From the NCBI GenBank assembly GCA_035544575.1, contig DATKEC010000044.1, forward strand, positions 2,851 through 66,850: 64,000 bases of DNA. Reading direction: 5' to 3'. Shown one piece after another: positions 38,324-47,299 of the stretch. Within the stretch, counting starts at the first letter, position 1; every line of letters starts with the position of its first letter. Position numbers and translations under genes: made by a program. The notes beneath the pieces are model-generated. The model did no database searches. It was given only the letters and a program-made list of their open reading frames with translations, and was not told the DNA's origin. The stretch is from Acidimicrobiia bacterium. GTDB taxonomy: Bacteria; Actinomycetota; Acidimicrobiia; Spongiisociales; ZC4RG35.

Positions 38324-39376
38324 TCACGAGCGGCGCAGGGGCTCGGGCCCCTTCCGGGTTCGCAGCGAACCGCCTTCTCGGCCCCGGATCACGGCGAGAA
38401 TCTCGGCCATGACGGACCAGGCGATCTCGATCGGTCCCTCCGCCCCGATGTCGAGACCAGCCGGCCCGTGAATCTTCGCGAGATCGGCCTCGTGCACTGG
38501 GACTCCACGGCGATCGAGATCGGAGAACATCCGCTCCAGCCGCTCGCCAGGACCGAGCGCCCCGATGTAGGCGACATCGGTCTGCAGAAGAACGGCGAGC
38601 GCATCGAGATCCCGGAGATAGTTGTGCGACATGAGTACGACTGCGGTCTTGGAGTCCGGTCTGACCGCCCGTGCGAGATCGGCCGGCTCGGCGTGGATCA
38701 GGTCGTGGGCATCGGGAAAGCGCTCCGCCGTGAGAAACTGACGCCGGTCGTCGACCACCGCCGTGCGAAACCCCAGCATCGCTCCTTGTGCCACCACGGG
38801 AGCGGCGTCGTGGCCGGCTCCGAAGACCACGAGCCGGGGAGGAGCCCCGACGACCTCGAAGAGGTGACGAACGCCCTCGATCGTCTCGGCACGGTGCCGG
38901 CCCGTTTCGATCGCGGTCAGCGCGGCTGCCGTCACCGCAGACGAGTCGGAGTCGTTGGCGGTGACGATCCGCCGTCCGCCCGTGTCCGGAACGGGGTGCA
39001 CGACGCAGTAGGCCTCAGCCGAGGCATGCGCCATGGAATCGACCAGCCGCGCGGCGGAGCCGGCAGGCTCGACCAGAAGCTCGGTCGCTCCGTTGCACCC
39101 GACTCCCCAACCCCAAATCGCTTCGTCGTCGGCGGTCAGGTCGAACTCCACCTGCTCGGCCACCCCGGTGGCGATCACCCGCGCGGCAACGTCCCGAAGC
39201 TCGGTGTCGAGACAACCGCCTGACACGGTTCCGACAGACGTTCCGTCCACCCCCACCAGTTGACGCGCCGCCAGGCCCCGATAGGTCGAACCGCGTACGC
39301 CGACGACCGTGGCGAGAGCGAAGGGAGTCGCGGCCGTGGACCAGGCGCGAACAGCATCGAGAACCGGGTCGTTCAT
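38324..39376 (-). CDS. xdhC: XdhC/CoxI family molybdoenzyme maturation factor
   Basis: LATVVGVRGSTYR, GTVSGGCLD, LGCNG-like GVGCNG, FGAGHDA, YIGALG, GPAGLDIGAEGPIEIA. Confidence 0.92.
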   Translation of the reverse strand: MNDPVLDAVRAWSTAATPFALATVVGVRGSTYRGLAARQLVGVDGTSVGTVSGGCLDTELRDVAARVIATGVAEQVEFDLTADDEAIWGWGVGCNGATELLVEPAGSAARLVDSMAHASAEAYCVVHPVPDTGGRRIVTANDSDSSAVTAAALTAIETGRHRAETIEGVRHLFEVVGAPPRLVVFGAGHDAAPVVAQGAMLGFRTAVVDDRRQFLTAERFPDAHDLIHAEPADLARAVRPDSKTAVVLMSHNYLRDLDALAVLLQTDVAYIGALGPGERLERMFSDLDRRGVPVHEADLAKIHGPAGLDIGAEGPIEIAWSVMAEILAVIRGREGGSLRTRKGPEPLRRS

Positions 39377-39401
39377 CGCCCGCACCCTACCGGTGGGCGA
39401 G

Positions 39402-39875
39402 TCAATGCTCCGTGTGACCGGCGAGGAGGTCGAGGGCGTGCGGGATCACGTCCAGGATGGCGGCGAGGTTCTCGGTGGCGCCCTTCGGCGAACCCGGGAG
39501 GTTGACGAACAGTGTGCTGCCCGCCGATCCGACGACACCCCGGGACAGCGCCGCCATCGGCGTCTTGGCGAAGCCCTCGGTGAGCATCAACATCGCCAGC
39601 CCGGGCGCCTGCCGCTCGACCACCTGCATCGTCGCCTCGGGGGTGACATCACGGGGCCCGAAGCCGGTGCCCCCGGTTGTGAGAACGAGCCCCACCTCGT
39701 CGATGAGGCCGCGAAGTGTGAGGGCGATCACGCCAATCTCGTCTGGGACGGACCTGCGATGGCTGACCTCGAATCCTGCGCGCTCGAGGGCCTCGGCCAA
39801 CACCGCGCCCGAGGAGTCTTGCCTCGTCCCCGCATCGACACCGTCGCTGATCGTGACGACAGCCGCAGTCCGCAT
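39402..39875 (-). CDS. MogA/MoaB molybdopterin adenylyltransferase family
   Basis: VTISD, DSSG, TTGGTGFGPRDVTPEAT, LSRG, NLPGSPKG. Confidence 0.92.
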   Translation of the reverse strand: MRTAAVVTISDGVDAGTRQDSSGAVLAEALERAGFEVSHRRSVPDEIGVIALTLRGLIDEVGLVLTTGGTGFGPRDVTPEATMQVVERQAPGLAMLMLTEGFAKTPMAALSRGVVGSAGSTLFVNLPGSPKGATENLAAILDVIPHALDLLAGHTEH

Positions 39876-40741
39876 CAGGGCCGGAAGGACCACTGGAAGA
39901 GGTCGTCCCACGGAGGGATGGCGAGCCCAGGCTCCAAACCGAACCTGGCCACGAGAAAGACGATGAAGAACCCGACGACGAGGCCCCAGGACAGCGTTCG
40001 CTCTTCGGCGAGCTGAGGCGCGAGAAAGTGCTTCGTCTGTGGCGCAGCCAACAACGTGACGACGATGAACAGACCGAGGAACGGCAGGGAGGCGAGAAAT
40101 CCGGTTCCTTGATCGGGGACGAAGAACGGGACAGCGAGCAACGGTCCGACGATGGCCGGGATCATGGCGATCGAAGCGACATAGCGGAAGCGCTCCGCCG
40201 GGGTGTTCACTTCGCTCAGGTGCCGGCTGAACCCCAGGAACGCGGGAGCGGCGGCGAGGGCGATCAGCACCAGACCGAGGCCGCCGGCGGTGGCGATGAT
40301 CACGTCGAGGCCGTCGGGGAGGTCGATCGTCGACAGCGCGCGGGCCATGTTCGAGGTTTCCGAGAACGGGGCGGTGAGCACATCCATGAAACCGGCCCGG
40401 AAGCAGAACAGGATCGTCCACAGCACGGTCAGCTTGCCGACCGAGCGGTCCTTGGCGCCGGGGTAGATCAAGAGGAAGAACACTCCTGCGGCGATCGACG
40501 CGATCGGACCCCCCAGGTAGACGATGTCGCTCGTGCCAGGCCCGTCGGCTCGGAAGTAGGCGACCACATTCGTCAGCACGGGCTCGCGATCGGCAAAGGC
40601 CCCCCAGATGGCGATTCCGAACTGCTCGATGACCCTGGCGAACACGACGCCGAGGGCGGCGGCGATGATCGAGTTGGCGAAGAAGCCCCACGCCGTCCGG
40701 ATGACGGTGCTGCGACGGTCCTCGGTGATGTTCTCTGTCAC
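39875..40741 (-). CDS. Hypothetical multi-TM membrane protein
   Basis: ~7 TM; GTG start with AGGGGG RBS; stop overlaps the mogA-like start. Confidence 0.8.
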   Translation of the reverse strand: MTENITEDRRSTVIRTAWGFFANSIIAAALGVVFARVIEQFGIAIWGAFADREPVLTNVVAYFRADGPGTSDIVYLGGPIASIAAGVFFLLIYPGAKDRSVGKLTVLWTILFCFRAGFMDVLTAPFSETSNMARALSTIDLPDGLDVIIATAGGLGLVLIALAAAPAFLGFSRHLSEVNTPAERFRYVASIAMIPAIVGPLLAVPFFVPDQGTGFLASLPFLGLFIVVTLLAAPQTKHFLAPQLAEERTLSWGLVVGFFIVFLVARFGLEPGLAIPPWDDLFQWSFRP

Positions 40742-40813
40742 GAATCCCCCTTGCCGTGCGCCGGCGAGATCAGCATATCGGCCTGATGCCGTCCGTCTCG
40801 TACCATGTTGTTC

Positions 40814-41014
40814 ATGTCGGGACTCGACCGATTCGAGACGATCGTCGATCGCATCATCCGGGAAGCGACCGAACGCGGGGAGTTCGACGACCTCCCCGGA
40901 CGCGGGGAGCCGATACCCGGCGGCGGGACCGTCGACGGCGAGGGATGGTGGATCCGCCGCTGGCTCGAACGCAACCGGGCAAAGCCGGACCGAGGCGACG
41001 ATCCGGGGCGCTGA
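40814..41014 (+). CDS. DUF1992-family small protein
   Basis: DRIIREATERGEFDDLPGRGEP...WWIRRWLER. Leaderless TACCAT-N7-ATG. Confidence 0.82.
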   Translation: MSGLDRFETIVDRIIREATERGEFDDLPGRGEPIPGGGTVDGEGWWIRRWLERNRAKPDRGDDPGR

Positions 41015-41022
41015 CCGTCCCG

Positions 41023-42093
41023 TCACATGCCGGCGGGTACGTGGATCTTGGCGTGGTCCAAGCGTGGGAGCACCATCTCGGCGAAACGCTCGGCTTCCTC
41101 GATGTGGGTGTAACCACTGAGAATGAATGCCGTCACCCCGGCGGCGGTGTAGGCCTCGATCTTCTCGACGACCTGATCGGGATTTCCGACGATGGCTGCA
41201 CCCGCGCCGGAACGAGCCTTTCCGATACCCGTCCACAGATTCGGCTCGGCGTAGCCGGACTCATCGGCGCTCTCCCGCAAGGCAGCCTGACGCTGGACGC
41301 CGACGGAGGCGGCGTCGAGGCTCTTGCCGCGGATCGCCGCGCCCGTCTCGGCGTCGAGTCTCGAAATCAGTCGATCCGCGGCTGCCTTGGCCTCGGCCTC
41401 GGACTCGCGGACGATCACATGGCTGCGCAGACCGATCAGCAAGTCGCGCCCGTGTTCGGCCGCCCGATCCTGCATCTCCCGGACGGTTGCCCCGACCGCG
41501 GCGACCGTGTCCGGCCACGTGAGGAACACATCCGCCTCCCGAGCGGCCACGTCTTTGGCGTCCGGGCTGAACCCGCCGAAGTAGAACGGCGGGCACTTCC
41601 CCGAGACCGTGCCAATGCGGGCCGGAGCCAGGCTCAGATCGACGAACTCGCCGTGAAAGTCGACGGACTCACCGTCGAGCAATGCTCTCAACACCTGCAT
41701 CCATTCGATCGTCCGCTGGTAGCGCGGGGCGGACTCGAGCTGTTGGCCGGGAATGTCCGAAGAGATGATGTTGATGGTGAGCCGGCCGTCGGCCATCTGG
41801 TCGATCGAGGCCATCTGCTTGGCGAGCTGGGGCAGCCAGGTCTCGCCCATCCGAACCGCCACGAGAAGGTTGATCCGGTCGGTGTGTGTGGCGATGGCGG
41901 AGGCAAAGGTGGTGGTGTCGACTCCAAGCTCGTAACCACTCGGCAGCAAGACGTTGTCGAAGCCGAGGCGGTCTGCCGTCTGGACGATGTCGCGGCAATG
42001 GCTCCAGGAGCTGGCCAGCTCCGGATCGGGCACACCGAGGAACTCGTAGTCGTCGTCGCACAGCGCGCCGAACCAGGAGATCTCCATCGTCAT
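41023..42093 (-). CDS. smoC: LLM-class flavin monooxygenase, sulfoquinovose monooxygenase SmoC-like
   Basis: EISWFGALCDDDYEFLGVPD, SSWSHC, INIISSD, RYQR, YFGG, EPNLWTGIGKARSGAGAAIVG, FILSGY. Matches my recollection of Agrobacterium SmoC (Atu3279); not aligned computationally. Confidence 0.75.
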   Translation of the reverse strand: MTMEISWFGALCDDDYEFLGVPDPELASSWSHCRDIVQTADRLGFDNVLLPSGYELGVDTTTFASAIATHTDRINLLVAVRMGETWLPQLAKQMASIDQMADGRLTINIISSDIPGQQLESAPRYQRTIEWMQVLRALLDGESVDFHGEFVDLSLAPARIGTVSGKCPPFYFGGFSPDAKDVAAREADVFLTWPDTVAAVGATVREMQDRAAEHGRDLLIGLRSHVIVRESEAEAKAAADRLISRLDAETGAAIRGKSLDAASVGVQRQAALRESADESGYAEPNLWTGIGKARSGAGAAIVGNPDQVVEKIEAYTAAGVTAFILSGYTHIEEAERFAEMVLPRLDHAKIHVPAGM

Positions 42094-42158
42094 CTGCGCA
42101 TCCTTTCTCTCTGGTGTCGATCTTCGTGTGGGGCCGATTCTGGTGGCGGCGGTCGAGC

Positions 42159-43058
42159 CTACGGAAGCGCCTGGCCCTCGGAGGCCTGGATCAGGTCGTA
42201 GACATCTCCACGTTCGAGGCTCACTGCCAGAGCTTTCACCGAGGCCGCCAACCGTTCGGGGCTCTGCGTGCCGATGATCGCCACCGGCTTCGACGGATGC
42301 GAGAGCACGAAGGCCAGGGCGATCGAGGCTCGGTCCACGCCTTCGCGGCCGGCGAGTCGATCGAGGGCTATCGACAGCTCGGTGCGAATGCCCCCGCCGG
42401 TGACGATCCCGCCGCCGCCCAGCGGCGACCACGCCAGCGGGACCAGCCCGAGGCGCATCGCCTGATCGAGGGTCCCATCGCGTTGCGGTGCCAGGTGCGA
42501 GACCGAATACTCGGGCTGGATCGAGACGAGCCGGTGGCGGAGGTGGGCGGCCAGCGCCTCGACCTGGGCCGGCGTGTGATTCGAGACGCCGACGGCCCGC
42601 GCCTTCCCGGCATCGATGAACTCGTCAAGCGTCGCCGCCACATCGGCCGGGTGGCTGTACATGTCAGGTCGATGGATCTGATAGAGATCGATCCGATCCG
42701 TGCGGAGCCGCCGCAACGAGTCGTCCAGGGCCTTGCGCAGGTACGGCCCCGACGAGTCGTACGGGACGGGTGGAGCGATCCCGCCCTTGGTGGCCAAAAG
42801 CATCCGGTCCCGCAGATCGGGTCGGGACGCGATCACCTCGCCGAGCAGCTCTTCGGCCTGACCGAAGGCCGTCCCACCCCAGTCGAGCCCGTAGACGTCA
42901 GCGGTGTCGATGAGGTTCATCCCCAGATCGAGTGCGGTCTCCACCAGTTCGGTGGCGAAAGCCAGGTCGTGACCCACGAACCGCCATTGCCCGAAGCCGA
43001 GCGGTCCGACCTCTCCGAGGTCGCCGAGAACGCGCGGGGTGTCGATTTCGAGGGTCAC
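42159..43058 (-). CDS. smoB: Aldo/keto reductase, SmoB-like 6-oxo-glucose reductase
   Basis: DTADVYG, LATKGG, YQIHRPD, GVSN, WSPLGGG. AKR family is certain; the SmoB role is inferred from adjacency to smoC. Confidence 0.65.
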   Translation of the reverse strand: MTLEIDTPRVLGDLGEVGPLGFGQWRFVGHDLAFATELVETALDLGMNLIDTADVYGLDWGGTAFGQAEELLGEVIASRPDLRDRMLLATKGGIAPPVPYDSSGPYLRKALDDSLRRLRTDRIDLYQIHRPDMYSHPADVAATLDEFIDAGKARAVGVSNHTPAQVEALAAHLRHRLVSIQPEYSVSHLAPQRDGTLDQAMRLGLVPLAWSPLGGGGIVTGGGIRTELSIALDRLAGREGVDRASIALAFVLSHPSKPVAIIGTQSPERLAASVKALAVSLERGDVYDLIQASEGQALP

Positions 43059-43119
43059 GATGGCCTGCCGGCGGTCACCGGCGTGACCCTAGTGTGAGGG
43101 CCGAACGGAGGTCCCAGCC

Positions 43120-44205
43120 ATGGCCGAGCCTGCGACGGTGTTCCGGTACGGAGTGATTGGTACCGGGATGATGGGTGTCGAGCACATCGAGAACATCAAC
43201 CACATCGACGGCGCCGTCGTGACCGCGTACGCCGATCCGCACGAGCAGAGCCGGGCCGCGGCCCACACGCTCACCGACGGAGCTGTCGGGTTCGAGGACT
43301 ACCACGATCTTCTCGAGTCGGACCTCGTCGACGCCGTGGTGATCGCCACACCCAACTTCACCCATGCCGAAGTTCTCGAAGCCGCCCTGGCGACTCCACT
43401 CCACATCCTCGTCGAGAAGCCGCTGTGCACGACGGTGGCCGACTGCCGCCGCGTCATCGAACTGGCCCGCGATCGGCCGGCAGTGACCTGGGTGGGCCTC
43501 GAGTACCGGTACATGCCGCCGGTGAACCGCCTCATCGCCGAAGTCGAAGCCGGCACCGTCGGCGACCTGCGCATGGTGGCGATTCGCGAGCATCGATTCC
43601 CGTTCTTGCGCAAAGTGGGCGACTGGAACCGCTTCAACCAGAACACCGGTGGGACGATGGTCGAAAAGTGCTGTCACTTCTTCGACCTGATGAACGAGAT
43701 CATCGATGGGACCCCGACCCGGGTGGTGGCGTCCGGGGGCCAGGATGTCAATCATCTCGACGAGGTCTACGACGGTGCGGTTCCCGACATCCTCGACAAC
43801 GCCTATGTGATCGTCGAGTACGACACCGGCGTGCGGGCGATCCTCGATCTGTGCATGTTCGCCGAGGCGACCAAGAACCAGGAGGAGGTCGTCGCAGTCG
43901 GCACGCACGGCAAGGTCGAGGCATTCCTGCCGGAGAAGATCGTCCGCATCGGCCGCCGCGGCCGCCACTTCGTGGGCGAGGTGGAAGAACACTTCGTCGA
44001 CGACGACCGCATCACCTACGAAGGCCACCATCATGGTTCCAGCCAACTCGAACATCTCGACTTCATCCAGACGTGCCGGCGGGGCGGGACACCGGAGATC
44101 ACGCTCGCCGACGGGATGCTGGCCGTCGCCATGGGGATCGCCGCCCAAACCAGCATCGACCGCGGCACCTGGGTCGACGTCGCCGACCCCCTGCGCGTTT
44201 CTTAG
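43120..44205 (+). CDS. Gfo/Idh/MocA protein, candidate NAD+-dependent sulfoquinovosidase (SqgA/GH188-like)
   Basis: GVIGTGMMG, ATPNFTH, VEKP, GLEYRYMP, IREHRFPFLRKVGDWNRF, GGTMVEKCCHFFDL, HHGS. Divergent from smoB. The fold is certain; the SQase role is inference. Confidence 0.7.
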   Translation: MAEPATVFRYGVIGTGMMGVEHIENINHIDGAVVTAYADPHEQSRAAAHTLTDGAVGFEDYHDLLESDLVDAVVIATPNFTHAEVLEAALATPLHILVEKPLCTTVADCRRVIELARDRPAVTWVGLEYRYMPPVNRLIAEVEAGTVGDLRMVAIREHRFPFLRKVGDWNRFNQNTGGTMVEKCCHFFDLMNEIIDGTPTRVVASGGQDVNHLDEVYDGAVPDILDNAYVIVEYDTGVRAILDLCMFAEATKNQEEVVAVGTHGKVEAFLPEKIVRIGRRGRHFVGEVEEHFVDDDRITYEGHHHGSSQLEHLDFIQTCRRGGTPEITLADGMLAVAMGIAAQTSIDRGTWVDVADPLRVS

Positions 44206-44212
44206 CGAATCA

Positions 44213-44235
44213 GCGACACAAAATCGTGTCGTTTC
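44213..44235 (+). terminator. Possible intrinsic terminator after the Gfo/Idh/MocA gene
   Basis: GCGACAC-aaaatc-GTGTCGT followed by TTC. Confidence 0.35.
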
Positions 44236-44265
44236 GCGTGGCAAAACGGGTGGAGGCGAGCGGAG

Positions 44266-45243
44266 CTAACCCTTGACCGACCCGGCCAGGACCCCTCGCA
44301 CGAAGTAGCGCTGGAGGGCGAAGAAGACCACCAGCGGCAACGCGGTCGAGATGAATGCCGCCGCGCTGAGCAAGTGTTCTCGTTGCCCGAACTCCCCGGC
44401 GATCGACGCCAGGGCCACGGTGATCGGCAAGGCATCCGTGCCGGAACCGATCATCGTCAGGGCGATCAGGTAGTCATTCCACGTCCACAGGAACTGGAAG
44501 ATCGTGAACGCCGCCAGCACGGGCGTCGACAAGGGCAGGACCAGCTTGTAGAAGATCTTGAAGTGGTCCGCACCGTCGATGAACGCCGACTCGAACACGT
44601 CCTTGGGCAACCCGCTGATGTAGTTGTGGAGCAAGAAGATGGCGAACGGCAGCGCAAAACCGGTGTGGGTGAGCCACACCGCCGTCACCGTCCCCGCCAG
44701 ATCCATGTCGGGAAACAGCCGCATCGTCTTGTCGAAGAACGGCAGCGTCCACTGCCCGCCGGTTGCATACAGCCGCAGCAGCGGAATCAGTGACGTCTGC
44801 AGCGGAATCGCCAGCAACGACACGGTGATGATGAACAGCCACTCGCGTCCCCTGAACTCGATCCATGCGAATGCGTACGCGGCGAAGGCGGCGATGGCAA
44901 TCGGGATGATCGTGGCTGGGATCACGATGGCCAGGGAGTTCATCAAATTGTCGAACAGCGCGTTCCCGCCGAACAGCACTTCGTCGTAGTTGTCGAGCGA
45001 GGGTGCTCCCAGATCGTTGGCGGAGTCCCCGAAGATCGCCCAGAACGGCGTTGCCTGCTGGGCGTCGCGAGTCCGGAAGGAGTTCACGAACAGGCCGACG
45101 CTGGGAACCGACCAGATGATGACGAGCAGCCACAGGATCCAGGTCGGGGTGGCCGACAGCAGACGGTAGATGCCGCTGCCGAGCGCCCCGCCGGCTTTGG
45201 CCCGGACCGGCTGGCTCGTGGAGACCTCGGTGCGCGATGCCAT
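44266..45243 (-). CDS. Carbohydrate ABC permease (AglG/GgtD-like)
   Basis: AAYAFAW..F.GR, LPKDVFESAFIDGA (EAA loop), FQFLWTWNDYL, RYFVRGVLAGSVKG. Confidence 0.93.
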   Translation of the reverse strand: MASRTEVSTSQPVRAKAGGALGSGIYRLLSATPTWILWLLVIIWSVPSVGLFVNSFRTRDAQQATPFWAIFGDSANDLGAPSLDNYDEVLFGGNALFDNLMNSLAIVIPATIIPIAIAAFAAYAFAWIEFRGREWLFIITVSLLAIPLQTSLIPLLRLYATGGQWTLPFFDKTMRLFPDMDLAGTVTAVWLTHTGFALPFAIFLLHNYISGLPKDVFESAFIDGADHFKIFYKLVLPLSTPVLAAFTIFQFLWTWNDYLIALTMIGSGTDALPITVALASIAGEFGQREHLLSAAAFISTALPLVVFFALQRYFVRGVLAGSVKG

Positions 45244-47180
45244 CAGACCGCCTCCCTCTGACGTCGGATGTTGTAGTACATGACGGGAACCACCGAGAAG
45301 AAGAGGATCATGGCGAGGGCGGCTCCCATGCCGATGTTCAGCTCGGTGAACGCCTTCTGCCACATCTCATTGGCCAGCACGTTCGTTCCGAACTGACCGT
45401 TGGTCATGACCTTCGGGATGTCGAAGACCTTCATGACCAGGACGATCAGCGTCGTGGTCACGACCCCGATCGTCGGGGCGATCTGCGGGATCGTCACTCT
45501 CCAGAACGTCTCGCTCTCCGTGGCGCCGTCGACCTTCGATGCTTCGACGAGGTCAGTCGGCACGCCCTTGATGGCCGCAGAGAAGACGACCATGGCGAAT
45601 CCGGTCTGGATCCAGATCAGCACGATGATCAGCCAGAAGGTGTTCCACGGCTGCTCCTGGAGGAAGATCACGGGTTCACCCACGACGCCGCTGGCGAGCG
45701 GAGCGACCTCGCCGGTGACGGGGTCACGAAGCACCCCGCCGATCCCGGACCCGACGAACCGCCACATCAACCAGAGGAACGGCAGGGTCGTCACCAGCGA
45801 GCCGATGGCGACGGAGTTGGCCCCCGCCCGCCGCGCCCGGTACGCGAGAAATCCGAGGCCGACCACCACGAGCGCGAACACGACGATCAGGAACGTCCGC
45901 AGTGGGGAGCCCCCGGTCGAGATCTCCCCCAGACCGACCCAGAGATAGTTGAGAACACCCGTCTGGTCCCGGCCCACCGGCCGGGCCAGGTACATGAACC
46001 TCCAGATGATGCCGGCACCCACGAACGAGATGGCCATCGGCATGAAGATCAGCGACTTGGCGACGGACTCCCCACGCGCCCGGTCGGCCAGCACAGCGAT
46101 GGCCAGGCCCAGTCCGGCGGCGATGACGGTGACCGAGAACACCCACCAGAGGTTGTTCCAGATCACGCCGCGCAGGGTCGTGAACACCGCAAAGGCGATG
46201 AAGATGCTCCCCAGCGCCAGGGGACCCGCCGACAGGCCGGACCAGTCGGTCGGTGCCCCGATCGCCCTTCCTTTCTGGCGGGCGAAGAGGTAGCCGCCGA
46301 TCGCCAGTGCTGCGCCCCACACGAACAAGCCCGTCGTGAAGATGTTCGTCCAAGAGGAGACGTTGAAGATGTCGGGAGTGCCGAACACGGTCTGGTAGTT
46401 GTCGAGGCCCACGAAGTCCTGGCCCCGGGTGCCGTACACGCTGAGGATCAGCGTCTGGATGGTGGGGATGACGAGCGTCGCCCCGATGAAGAGAAGTGCA
46501 GGAGCCACGAAGATGACGGCGCGGGAACGGTGTTGGAGACGCTCGCGTCCTGCGAGGGTGCTCGGTTCGTTGAGTCCGAGCCGGACCCCGACTGCGACAC
46601 CGAGTATCGCCAGGCCCATGAGCACCTCGGCCTGGGTCCCGGTGCCGAGCGTCGGTGCGAGGAAGGCGCCGAAGAACCAGCCGATCGCTGCCCCGGTCAC
46701 CGCCCCTTTGACGAGATCCCGCCCCCGGAGCGCGGCAAGACCGGCACCCACCGCCGCCACTCCCACCGGCCATCCGATCAACGGAACGATGCGCATGGCC
46801 GGCCAGGCGAGCGGCCGGATGAATGCGGCGATCACGAGACCGATCACCAGCCCGCCGACGGCTCCGACGATCAGCCGACGGCGACGGCCCTCCGTGGTGG
46901 CCAACACCGAGCCCCACGCCCCGAAGAGGACGGCCAGGATGGCCACGAGGAGCAGCGAGAGATCGGTGGCGTCTTCGGCCGGGCTCATGCGCCACTGCAT
47001 GATCCGGTTGCCGATGAGGATCGCGCTGAGGACGACACCGATGACTGCACCGGTGATCGCCGCGAACCGCGACCACTTCACGCGAGCCTGATCGAACCAC
47101 TTGTTGGCGCCGATGAAGAGCGCGGCGCTCCCACCAATCGCGACCACCACGCCGACGAGCGTGCTGACGATCTTCTCCAT
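45243..47180 (-). CDS. Carbohydrate ABC permease (AglF/GgtC-like) with large extra membrane domains
   Basis: FVGLDNY, NNLWW, KSLIFMPMAISFVGAGIIW, IKGVPTDLVEASKVDGA, TNVLANEM. 645 aa. Confidence 0.9.
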   Translation of the reverse strand: MEKIVSTLVGVVVAIGGSAALFIGANKWFDQARVKWSRFAAITGAVIGVVLSAILIGNRIMQWRMSPAEDATDLSLLLVAILAVLFGAWGSVLATTEGRRRRLIVGAVGGLVIGLVIAAFIRPLAWPAMRIVPLIGWPVGVAAVGAGLAALRGRDLVKGAVTGAAIGWFFGAFLAPTLGTGTQAEVLMGLAILGVAVGVRLGLNEPSTLAGRERLQHRSRAVIFVAPALLFIGATLVIPTIQTLILSVYGTRGQDFVGLDNYQTVFGTPDIFNVSSWTNIFTTGLFVWGAALAIGGYLFARQKGRAIGAPTDWSGLSAGPLALGSIFIAFAVFTTLRGVIWNNLWWVFSVTVIAAGLGLAIAVLADRARGESVAKSLIFMPMAISFVGAGIIWRFMYLARPVGRDQTGVLNYLWVGLGEISTGGSPLRTFLIVVFALVVVGLGFLAYRARRAGANSVAIGSLVTTLPFLWLMWRFVGSGIGGVLRDPVTGEVAPLASGVVGEPVIFLQEQPWNTFWLIIVLIWIQTGFAMVVFSAAIKGVPTDLVEASKVDGATESETFWRVTIPQIAPTIGVVTTTLIVLVMKVFDIPKVMTNGQFGTNVLANEMWQKAFTELNIGMGAALAMILFFSVVPVMYYNIRRQREAV

Positions 47181-47222
47181 GAGCCGGAGCTCACCTCCTC
47201 TTCGAACTCGCCTGCGTACGAA

Positions 47223-47254
47223 AGTGGGGCACCGGGATGGCCCGGTGCCCCACT
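47223..47254 (-). terminator. Strong stem-loop between binding-protein gene and permease
   Basis: 14-bp perfect stem AGTGGGGCACCGGG/CCCGGTGCCCCACT, 4-nt loop, followed by TT on the minus strand. Confidence 0.7.
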
Positions 47255-47299
47255 GTATGCCTGGGGGTTTTCACCCCGTCGTCAGAATCGGGGTCCGGA

